Source: Candidatus Daviesbacteria bacterium RIFCSPHIGHO2_12_FULL_37_16 (GTDB lineage Bacteria; Patescibacteriota; Microgenomatia; Daviesbacterales; UBA10151). Taken from it: 64,000 nucleotides of DNA. Positions within the stretch are counted from its first letter, which is position 1. Each line of letters opens with the position of its first letter. The notes beneath the pieces were generated by a model. It saw only the letters and a list, made by a program, of their open reading frames with translations. It did not search any database and was not told the DNA's origin. Where the stretch lies: contig MFDF01000023.1 of NCBI GenBank assembly GCA_001776785.1, positions 60,432-124,431 on the forward strand. Direction: 5' to 3'. Positions 50,169 through 58,301 of this stretch are shown here, piece by piece. Made by a program: the position numbers and the translations under genes.

Positions 50169-51947
50169 TTATCTAGTTCCGTTTAGGTCTATTTTTCTGA
50201 GTCTGACATTTTTTGGGGTGACTTCTACTAATTCTGAGTCATTAATGTATTCCAGGGCATCTTCCAGGTCCATGAGTTTTGGGGTATTAAAGTGTTCAGA
50301 AACTCCCTCTCCAGAGGATCTGTGATTAGTTTGTTGTTTTTCTTTAACTACATTTACAGAGATATCTCCAGGCCTTGAGCTTTGCCCAACTACCTGACCT
50401 TTGTAAACTGTAACACCTGGACCCAGAAAAAGTGTTCCTCTGGACTGGATACCAGTAAGGGCATAAAGTTTGGTTGCACCATTTTCATGGACAACTAGTG
50501 AACCATTATCCCTTTGGAAAGACTGACCTGGATCTTGGGCAAATTCATAAAAGTTTGTATTAATAATTCCCAGGCCTTTGGTGTCAGTAATAAATTCTGA
50601 CCTATATCCAAAAAGTTCTTTGGTTGAGATTATAAATTCCATAGTGGCTGTGCCATTATCATTTGTCATGTTTTGTAAATTTCCATGCCTTAAACCCATC
50701 TTTTGCATAACTACTCCAGAATATGTTTCTGGTACTTCTATATAAACTTTTTCAAATGGGGTAAGGGTTTGACCATTTTCCTGCTTTTCTATTACCTGAG
50801 GCCTTGAGACCTGGAATTCATAACCTTCCCTTCTTAACCTTTCAATTAAAATTGCCAGATGCAGTTCTCCTCTTCCTGAAACTTCCCATCCGCCACTTGT
50901 TTCCTTAACCTTTAGAGCAACATCATCTTCAGCTGCTTTAAACAACCTTTCTGCAATTTGACGGGATGTTTTAAACTCCCCTTCTTTTCCTGCAAATGGT
51001 GAAGTGTTTACACCAAAGGTCATTTTAACTGTGGGTTCTTCTATGGATAAAAGAGGAAGAGCTTGGGTATCTAAATTATCTGCAATGGTTTCACCAATTG
51101 TGATCTCAGGGATTCCTGAAAGGGCAATAATATCTCCGGCAAACGCTTCTTTGGCATCAATCCTATCCAATCCTTCAAAAGTCATAAGGGAGGTTAACCT
51201 GAATTTTGCTTTTTGCCCATCCCTGTTGATATGGATTACATCCTGGTTTGCATTGACTTTACCATTCATTATTCTACCTGTAGCAATTCTGCCTTTGAAA
51301 TTATCATATGAGGTGGAGGTGATTAAAATTTGAAGTGGTTTCTCCGGATCTCCAGATGGTTGAGGGATTTCTTTTAAAATTGTTTCAAAAATTGGGGTAA
51401 TATCTGTCATTGAATCTAAGTTTGGTTCTAAACCTGCCAGGCCATTTTTAGCTGAGGCATAAACAATTGGGAAATATGCAGAGTCTTCATCTGCACCAAG
51501 TTCTATAAAAAGATCAAAGGTTTTGTTTATAACATATTCAATTCTGGCATCTGCTTTATCAATTTTATTTATAACTACAATAATTTTTAATCCTAAACTT
51601 AAAGCCTGTTTTAAAACAAACCTGGTTTGAGGCATAGGGCCTTCTTTTGCATCAACCAGGAGTAAACAGCCGTCAACAAGTTTTAGGACTCTTTCTACTT
51701 CTCCTCCAAAATCTGCATGGCCAGGGGTGTCAACAATATTAATTTTGGTGCCAAGATAATTTACTAAAGCATTTTTGGAGAAAATTGTAATGCCTCTTTC
51801 TTTTTCAAGCTCATTAGAATCCATTATCAGATTTGTGTCTTTTAAGTCCTTGGAGAGTTTGGTTTCAGTTTGGCGCAGCAAAGAGTCAACAAGAGTAGTC
51901 TTGCCGTGGTCTACATGGGCGATGATTGCAACATTACGAATATTCAT
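50169..51947 (-). CDS. typA: Translational GTPase TypA/BipA
   Basis: G1 [11 protein letters not shown]3 DTPGHADF, G4 NKID. EF-G-like domains. Confidence 0.9.
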   Translation of the reverse strand: MNIRNVAIIAHVDHGKTTLVDSLLRQTETKLSKDLKDTNLIMDSNELEKERGITIFSKNALVNYLGTKINIVDTPGHADFGGEVERVLKLVDGCLLLVDAKEGPMPQTRFVLKQALSLGLKIIVVINKIDKADARIEYVINKTFDLFIELGADEDSAYFPIVYASAKNGLAGLEPNLDSMTDITPIFETILKEIPQPSGDPEKPLQILITSTSYDNFKGRIATGRIMNGKVNANQDVIHINRDGQKAKFRLTSLMTFEGLDRIDAKEAFAGDIIALSGIPEITIGETIADNLDTQALPLLSIEEPTVKMTFGVNTSPFAGKEGEFKTSRQIAERLFKAAEDDVALKVKETSGGWEVSGRGELHLAILIERLRREGYEFQVSRPQVIEKQENGQTLTPFEKVYIEVPETYSGVVMQKMGLRHGNLQNMTNDNGTATMEFIISTKELFGYRSEFITDTKGLGIINTNFYEFAQDPGQSFQRDNGSLVVHENGATKLYALTGIQSRGTLFLGPGVTVYKGQVVGQSSRPGDISVNVVKEKQQTNHRSSGEGVSEHFNTPKLMDLEDALEYINDSELVEVTPKNVRLRKIDLNGTR

Positions 51948-52080
51948 AAATTTTACCCAGAATAGATATTATACCTGATTTGAGAGAATAAAGAAACTAT
52001 AGGATCACATTAATTTTTTGAAAAAGACTATTTATTCTTTAAACGCGTAGTGATATCTTATACTGAATGCCCAGAGATAA

Positions 52081-53142
52081 ATGATGGAGCATTTAGACAG
52101 AAAAGAGGCAATTAGGAGAATGGCTGCAATTAGTGTGGCCCCTTTTATAGCCCCAAAACTCATTCTTCCTGGAATCTCTGAGGCTAATAATAAGTATCAG
52201 GTTCCCAATGTTATTGTTAAGAAGTCTCCTTCTTTTGATCCTTCTTCAAATCTGGGAATTAATGTAAATCCAGCATTAGTTGACTGCAATGCAAAATTTA
52301 TAAAAGATTTGGGAGCTTCTTGGGTTAGGCTAGTCCTAAATCCCCATACTGACTTTGGACCTTATTTAAGAGAATTAGAGAGTGTTGGTTTAGAGGCTGT
52401 TTGTGTAATAGGGCAGGAAAGCATAAAAGTTGGTGATTGGAATGATGAAAACCTTCTTAGCAGTAATCAATTTAAGTTATCAGCTGAATACTATGCTGAA
52501 AAATATAGTGGTTACCGTTTTGCACTTCAAATTGGAAATGAGCCAGATAATATCCCAACTGAAGATAGAGTAGAAAGCGAAGCGAGCTGGTGGCTGTATC
52601 AGGAAGTATTTAATAATTTGCTTGAATCCTACAGGGAAGTCTTTACAGATAGATTTTTAATAGCCGGGGGTGTATGTACTGGTGATTCTTATTATTTAGA
52701 TAGGGTTAATTTATCTCATGTAAATGCCTTTGCAGTGCAGCTGTATGGAGTGGATACACCTGAGGTTTCTTCTAATGAGGGTTTTACTGACGCTGCTTCT
52801 GCTTTAGGAAGGTATAAAATAAACCTTCCAGTTTTTATTACAGAAACAGGGGTAAATCACCTTAATTATACTGATGATGAAGCAGTTAAGTACTCTTTTG
52901 CTCTTTTGAATTACTATATAAAAAGGGGTATTCCTATTGCTTATTATTGTCTTTCAGATCTGATGCATGATGATCATGGGATTTTTGACAAAAATGGAAA
53001 TCCAAAACCTATCCTTAAGTCATTTTTGAAGGTTGCCTGGGGAGAGGATGTGCCCATAGATTCATTTCATCTAAACCCTGTTAAGGAAGAAGTTGTAGAA
53101 AAAGAGCCTGTTGTACAATTTACAGATTTTTCTTCTCGTTAA
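52081..53142 (+). CDS. Glycoside hydrolase, clan GH-A TIM barrel (GH5/GH113-like)
   Basis: Catalytic acid/base in QIGNEP and nucleophile in FITETG at the canonical spacing. N-terminal anchor. Confidence 0.55.
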   Translation: MMEHLDRKEAIRRMAAISVAPFIAPKLILPGISEANNKYQVPNVIVKKSPSFDPSSNLGINVNPALVDCNAKFIKDLGASWVRLVLNPHTDFGPYLRELESVGLEAVCVIGQESIKVGDWNDENLLSSNQFKLSAEYYAEKYSGYRFALQIGNEPDNIPTEDRVESEASWWLYQEVFNNLLESYREVFTDRFLIAGGVCTGDSYYLDRVNLSHVNAFAVQLYGVDTPEVSSNEGFTDAASALGRYKINLPVFITETGVNHLNYTDDEAVKYSFALLNYYIKRGIPIAYYCLSDLMHDDHGIFDKNGNPKPILKSFLKVAWGEDVPIDSFHLNPVKEEVVEKEPVVQFTDFSSR

Positions 53143-53285
53143 ATTTTGGAATAAGTACCGCGTACGGAAGATATCCTAGTCCTTCGACTTCGCTCAGGAC
53201 TAACGAACCAGATCAAAGATCTTTGTTCTCTCTTAACACAGTTATTACAAAATTAATGGTCACAAGGACCAATAAATTTTGTAAG

Positions 53286-53359
53286 TACCGCGTACGGGAG
53301 TCGAACCCGTGATCTTAACATTGAGAATGTTATGTCCTGGACCACTAGACGAACGCGGC
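53286..53359 (-). tRNA. tRNA-Glu (anticodon CTC)
   Basis: Hand-folded. GCCGCGT acceptor. D-arm GTCT-AGTGGTCCA-GGAC (very similar to E. coli tRNA-Glu). Anticodon stem TAACA/TGTTA, loop TTCTCAA. T-arm ACGGG-TTCGACT-CCCGT. Confidence 0.7.
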
Positions 53360-53500
53360 TCGCTTTGCTCGCCTTGTCCGTCTGCGAGTATTCCGTTTAC
53401 TCTTTTGATTGCTGTCAAAGAGTAAACTCCAAACTCTAATGACGAACGCGGCGCAGGTCAATTATAGCAATTTAGCCTCAAAAAAGATATACTTTTAGGC

Positions 53501-54955
53501 ATGGCATTAGATCAGTTGAAAAAAGAGAGAATTAAGAAGCTCAATAATATTAAAAAGCTGGGAGTTAATCCTTACCCTGCAAAAGCTAAGAGGACTTTTG
53601 AGATACACAAAGCCAGGGGAATTTTGGGCAGAAAAGTTGTAGTTGCAGGAAGGATAAGATCCCTACGTCCTCATGGAAAGATTACTTTTGCAGATTTAGA
53701 GGATGCCAGTGGTAGAATGCAGCTTTTTTTCTCTTTGAATGATCTTCCAGGGGAAAAATATGATTTTTTAGTAAATTTAGATTTAGGGGATTTTATAGAA
53801 GTTTCTGGTGAGGTTTTTAAAACCCAGGCTGGTGAAGTAACTGTTAAGGTAAAAGACTATAAAATTTTAACTAAATCTTTACTTCCCCTTCCTTCTTCCT
53901 GGTATGGACTTAAAGACATTGAAGAAAGAAACAGGAAAAGATATCTGGATCTACTTATGAATCCAGAAGTTAGGACAACTTTTGAAACAAGGTCAAAAAT
54001 AGTTCATGCAATAAGAAAATTTTTAGTAGAAGAAAAGGGATATTTTGAAGTGGAAAATCCAGTACTCCAACCTTTATATGGTGGAACAAGAGCCAGGCCT
54101 TTTAAAACACATCACAACAGCTTAGATGCAACATTATACTTAAGGATTTCCAATGAACTTTATTTAAAAAGATTAATTGTTGGTGGGTTTGAGAAAGTTT
54201 TTGAGATTGGACACACCTTTAGAAATGAAGGGATGGATAGAAACCATAACCCTGAATTTACCATGCTTGAGACAATGGAGGCTTATGCAGATTATATAGA
54301 TAATATGAATTTGGTGGAAGAGATGTTTGAGTATGTTGCAAAATCTGTTTTTGGTAGTACTAAACTTGAGTACCAGGGCCAGGTTTTAGAATTTAAAAGA
54401 CCCTGGATAAGAGTAAAACTTGAGGAATTATTTAAGAAGCACACAGGGGTTAAATTTTCAAGCATTGATACTTTAGAAAAAGCTACAACTCTTGCTAAAA
54501 AACTTGGGGTAGAGATTAAAGATTATATGACTGATGGGGAAATTTTACTTGAGATTTTTGAGAAAAAATGTACTTCGCAGTTAATCCAGCCAACTTTTGT
54601 TTATGATTATCCTGCAGATTTTTACCCTTTAGCTAAGAAGAAAGCTGATGATCTAAGGTTTGTTGAGAGTTTTGATATTTATGTTGTAGGGATGGAGATG
54701 GGGACAAATTATTCAGAGGCAAATGATCCATCCCAGGTAAGAGAGGCCTGGGTTAAAGAAAAGAAAAAAGAACAAAAGGGAAATCCAGAAGCCCAAAAAA
54801 TGGATGAGGATTTTTTGGAAGCGCTGGAGTATGGAATGCCTCCAACTTCTGGGATTGGTCCTGGGATAGACAGGTGGATAATGGTGATGACAAACTCCCC
54901 ATCAATTTCTGATGTGATAGCATTTCCAACTTTAAAACCTGAAAGGAAAAAATGA
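53501..54955 (+). CDS. lysS: Lysyl-tRNA synthetase, class II
   Basis: OB anticodon-binding N-domain. Class II motifs (FRNEGMDRNHNPEFTMLE, GIGPGIDR). Confidence 0.9.
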   Translation: MALDQLKKERIKKLNNIKKLGVNPYPAKAKRTFEIHKARGILGRKVVVAGRIRSLRPHGKITFADLEDASGRMQLFFSLNDLPGEKYDFLVNLDLGDFIEVSGEVFKTQAGEVTVKVKDYKILTKSLLPLPSSWYGLKDIEERNRKRYLDLLMNPEVRTTFETRSKIVHAIRKFLVEEKGYFEVENPVLQPLYGGTRARPFKTHHNSLDATLYLRISNELYLKRLIVGGFEKVFEIGHTFRNEGMDRNHNPEFTMLETMEAYADYIDNMNLVEEMFEYVAKSVFGSTKLEYQGQVLEFKRPWIRVKLEELFKKHTGVKFSSIDTLEKATTLAKKLGVEIKDYMTDGEILLEIFEKKCTSQLIQPTFVYDYPADFYPLAKKKADDLRFVESFDIYVVGMEMGTNYSEANDPSQVREAWVKEKKKEQKGNPEAQKMDEDFLEALEYGMPPTSGIGPGIDRWIMVMTNSPSISDVIAFPTLKPERKK

Positions 54956-54972
54956 TTAAAGATTAATGATTT

Positions 54973-55611
54973 ATGAATAGAGAACAGGCGTACAACTTAA
55001 TGACTGAGATGATAAAGAATCCTAATTTGAGGAAACATGGAGTAGCTGTGGAGGCTATTATGAGGGCTTTGTGCAAATATTTAAAAGAGCGGGTCCGTGT
55101 CCACCCCGGGGGTGGAAGCAAGGTTACTGCTGGCCCGCACCCCCGGGGTGATGCCAAAGTGGATGAATTTGATGAAGAGGAATGGGCAATAGTTGGGCTT
55201 TTACATGATGCAGATTATGAGTTGATAGAAAAAGACCCAACCAGACATACTTTGGTGACTGAGGAAAAGTTAAGAGAAAAAGGGGTTAACAATGAGAGGA
55301 TGATTTCTGCAATAAAAGCTCACCACGATGGAATAAAAGAGGGAAGGGATAATTTGCTTGAGAGTTCAGTTTATGCAGCTGATGAGCTGTCAGGGTTAAT
55401 TACAGCTTGTGCTTTGGTACAGCCAGATAAAAAACTTGCACCTGTTAGTGTGGAGTCTGTAATGAAGAAATTTAAACAAGCTAATTTTGCAGCAGGTGCA
55501 AGAAGAGACCAAATTTTGGCTTGTGAGAAAGAATTAGAGATTCCTTTAAGAGAATTTGTTAAGATAGCTTTAGATGCAATGAAAGGAATTTCATCTGAGC
55601 TGGGTTTGTAA
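54973..55611 (+). CDS. HD-domain phosphohydrolase carrying an in-frame GC-rich insert
   Basis: H...LLHDADYE HD motif. Residues VHPGGGSKVTAGPHPRGD are encoded by a 50-nt palindromic GC-rich segment (55101-55150). Confidence 0.6.
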   Translation: MNREQAYNLMTEMIKNPNLRKHGVAVEAIMRALCKYLKERVRVHPGGGSKVTAGPHPRGDAKVDEFDEEEWAIVGLLHDADYELIEKDPTRHTLVTEEKLREKGVNNERMISAIKAHHDGIKEGRDNLLESSVYAADELSGLITACALVQPDKKLAPVSVESVMKKFKQANFAAGARRDQILACEKELEIPLREFVKIALDAMKGISSELGL

Positions 55612-55618
55612 TATTGTA

Positions 55619-55684
55619 GTTCTCCACAAGGTCGAACAAAAAAGAATTTTTCTTCGAGCGAGCGGAGCGAGTCGAGAAGTACAA
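55619..55684 (+). repeat. Family-3 GC-rich 3'-flanking repeat (second copy)
   Basis: See 39658-39722. Confidence 0.5.
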
Positions 55685-55686
55685 AT

Positions 55687-56961
55687 ATGTTAGATATAAA
55701 TTTTATTAGAGAAAACACAGATTTAGTTAAAAAAGCAGTCCTCGATAAAGAGATTAAGCTTGATGTGAATGAATTACTAAAACTTGATGATAGAAGGAGA
55801 GAATTGCTTGGTAAAGTTGAGGATTTAAGGGCACAAAGAAACCAGGCTGCAAAGGAGAGGAATATAGAACTTGGGAAAAAGGTAAAAGGTGAATTAGATG
55901 GGTTGGAAGATGAATTGAGAAAGGTTGAGGAAAAATTTAGAGAACTTATGCTTTTAGCCCCAAATATTCCTGCCCCTGATGCACCAGTTGGAAAAGATGC
56001 CCAGAATAATGAGGTAATCTATAAGTGGGGAAATAAACCTGACTTTGATTTTGAAGTTAAAGACCACATAGAACTTGGGAAGAATTTAGATATTTTGGAT
56101 TTGGAACAGGGTGCAAAGGTCTCTGGATTTAGGGGATATTATCTAAAAAATGAGGGTGCAGTTTTGCACTGGGCAATTTTAAGGCTGGCTATGGATAGGA
56201 TTTTATCCCATGGATTTAGTTTAATGGTCCCCCCCACTTTAGTACATGAGGAAGTTTTAGAAGGGTCAGGCCATTTCCCTTTTGGGAAAGAGAATATTTA
56301 CCAGATTGCCAATCCTGGGAAATTAGATAGTGGTGAGGATATTAAAAAACCTGTGTTTTTAACAGGTACTTCTGAACCATCTTTGCTTGCATACTTTATG
56401 GGTAAGACTTTAAGTGAGGAAGACCTGCCTGTTAAAGTTGCTGCAATGACCCAATGCTATAGATCAGAGGTTGGTGATTATGGTAAAGATACAAGGGGCC
56501 TTTATAGGATTCATGAGTTTACTAAAGTTGAGCAAGTTGTTATTTGTTCAGCTGATTTGGATGAATCTGAAAAATTATTTAAAGAGATGCAGGAAATTTC
56601 CCAAAAGATTTTAGAGGATTTAGGGATTCCCTACCAGGTTATTGCAACTTCTACAGGAGATATGGGGGCAGGCAAATACAGGATGAATGATATAGAGGCT
56701 TGGATGCCTGGCAGAAATAAATATGGGGAGACTCATTCTAATTCTAATTTGACTGACTGGCAGGCAAGAAGACTTAATATAAAAGTGAGATATAAGAATG
56801 AAGATATAAAATATGTATACACACTTAATAATACTGTTATTGCATCCCCTAGAATTTTAATTGCAATTTTGGAAAATTTTCAGCAAAAAGATGGGTCTAT
56901 AAAAATTCCTGATATTTTAATCCCTTATACTGGTTTTTCAGAAATTTCATCCAAACATTAG
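55687..56961 (+). CDS. serS: Seryl-tRNA synthetase
   Basis: N-terminal coiled coil. Class II motifs 2 and 3 (FRSEVGDYGKDTRGLYRIHEF, GSALAV-like ...IASPRILIAILEN). Confidence 0.9.
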   Translation: MLDINFIRENTDLVKKAVLDKEIKLDVNELLKLDDRRRELLGKVEDLRAQRNQAAKERNIELGKKVKGELDGLEDELRKVEEKFRELMLLAPNIPAPDAPVGKDAQNNEVIYKWGNKPDFDFEVKDHIELGKNLDILDLEQGAKVSGFRGYYLKNEGAVLHWAILRLAMDRILSHGFSLMVPPTLVHEEVLEGSGHFPFGKENIYQIANPGKLDSGEDIKKPVFLTGTSEPSLLAYFMGKTLSEEDLPVKVAAMTQCYRSEVGDYGKDTRGLYRIHEFTKVEQVVICSADLDESEKLFKEMQEISQKILEDLGIPYQVIATSTGDMGAGKYRMNDIEAWMPGRNKYGETHSNSNLTDWQARRLNIKVRYKNEDIKYVYTLNNTVIASPRILIAILENFQQKDGSIKIPDILIPYTGFSEISSKH

Positions 56962-58058
56962 TTAGGTGGGGGAACTGAAGGTAGTGGAGGACCAGGAGGG
57001 ATTGTGGGACTGGCTGAAGAGCTTTGTCTTTGTTTTAAAAGATCAACTGCTGAAGTACCAGAAGGTGTAGGGGTTGGTGTTACCAGGCTTGAGGAAGTTG
57101 TGGCTGGAGGAACTGAAGGGAGAGGAAGCGGTGGCGGAGTGGGAACTTGAGCTGGAGGGTTAGTTAGTGTAGATTCTTCTTGAGCTGGTATTGAAGCTGG
57201 AGATGGGGCTCCAGGTTTGCCTATTCCTAAGATAAAGTATGCAGATAATCCAGAGACTATTAAAATTACAATAATCCCAACAATTATCAATATTTTTGAA
57301 ATATTGAAGTGATTTCCTGATGTAGTAATAGATTCAGGAGTATTATTTGAGGGGACTACTAAATTTTCTGGTTGAGCAATGGGTGGAGTGTAAACTTCAT
57401 TGTGATTATTTGCGGGAGGCGTTTCTGATATTAAGTGGGAAAGGTCTGTGGGTGCAGTTTCAGTTGGAGTCTGAGGTGATGGAGGTGTAGATCCAGGTTG
57501 TTCAGCTCCCCCTAATCCTAAGCTCTGACTAAGATTTGGAGGCATATTTGGAGTTTGGGAATTATCTGGTGCAAAAACTTCTGGAGCTATTGGCTGGGTT
57601 GGTGCTGGAGGTTCTTGAAGTGTTGTTTCAGGAGGAGTTAGAGGGTTGACAGAAGGGGTAGCTCCATCAATTGTACCTGAAAATGCTGGTTGAGAGGGAA
57701 TGCTTGGAGTTAAGTTATCAAGAGGTGGTGCTGCAGGTGGGGTGGTTGAGTCCAGTGGTGTAGATCCAAAACTTTGGGGAGGATTAGATGGAGGAGCTGG
57801 ATCAATGGTAGAAGATGGGGGTGCAGAAAAACCTGTTGAAGCAGGTAAATCTGGTGAAGAAGATGAGGGTATATCAAGCGAGATTGGCTGGATAGGTGTT
57901 TGTGGAGATGCAGTTATATTTTGGGTTGGGTCAGAGGCAGGAGTGGCTGGGGGTTGTGCCTGTGATAACCCTCCACCTGGGGTAGAAGGCCAGCTAAATC
58001 CAGAGGGTGGGTTATTGGGATCGTTTGGGTTGTTAGAATTAGGATTATTAGGGTCCAT
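56958..58058 (-). CDS. Proline/Thr/Ser-rich low-complexity single-TM protein
   Basis: 366 aa, ~35% Pro. One TM (ILIIVGIIVILIVSGLSAYFILGI). Confidence 0.5.
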   Translation of the reverse strand: MDPNNPNSNNPNDPNNPPSGFSWPSTPGGGLSQAQPPATPASDPTQNITASPQTPIQPISLDIPSSSSPDLPASTGFSAPPSSTIDPAPPSNPPQSFGSTPLDSTTPPAAPPLDNLTPSIPSQPAFSGTIDGATPSVNPLTPPETTLQEPPAPTQPIAPEVFAPDNSQTPNMPPNLSQSLGLGGAEQPGSTPPSPQTPTETAPTDLSHLISETPPANNHNEVYTPPIAQPENLVVPSNNTPESITTSGNHFNISKILIIVGIIVILIVSGLSAYFILGIGKPGAPSPASIPAQEESTLTNPPAQVPTPPPLPLPSVPPATTSSSLVTPTPTPSGTSAVDLLKQRQSSSASPTIPPGPPLPSVPPPN

Positions 58059-58184
58059 GGGCAGTTCCTTAGCCTTTAGTGTAGCTAATTTGTATGTCTG
58101 TTATCAAGAGTTAAATTACGTAGTCTGTTGTGAAGGTCGCTCGTCAGATCATAAAGTACCGTTCGGGCCGGATCCCTCACTGTT

Positions 58185-58223
58185 GGTGAGCAAGTCACCG
58201 AACTACTGCATGACTTGCTCACC
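58185..58223 (+). promoter_or_regulatory. Perfect 13-bp stem-loop (GGTGAGCAAGTCA-N13-TGACTTGCTCACC) in the secA leader / divergent intergenic region
   Basis: Seen directly. No upstream gene ends here, so it is not a simple terminator. Confidence 0.4.
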
Positions 58224-58301
58224 GACTACTTTATTGATTCTGACTTCGCTACCTTATGCCAGCTCTGTGAAATTGATGGATTTTTAGGTATAATTGCATC
58301 C

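Noticed and set aside
53360-53500. Possible T-box leader upstream of lysS
   Set aside because: Hairpins are present, but the conserved T-box sequence (AATTAGGGTGGNACCGCG) and a Lys specifier context are absent. The GACGAACGCGGC segment is a duplicate of the tRNA-Glu 5' end.
58150-58225. tRNA-like or tmRNA-like gene in the secA leader
   Set aside because: Similarity to the tRNA-Glu 3' region is limited to ~10 nt. The 13-bp helix is too long for a tRNA arm and no cloverleaf can be drawn.
57700-58287. 195-aa + strand ORF opposite the Pro-rich gene
   Set aside because: Gly-rich mirror of the proline-rich coding strand. Its 3' end is just the open frame upstream of the real secA start.
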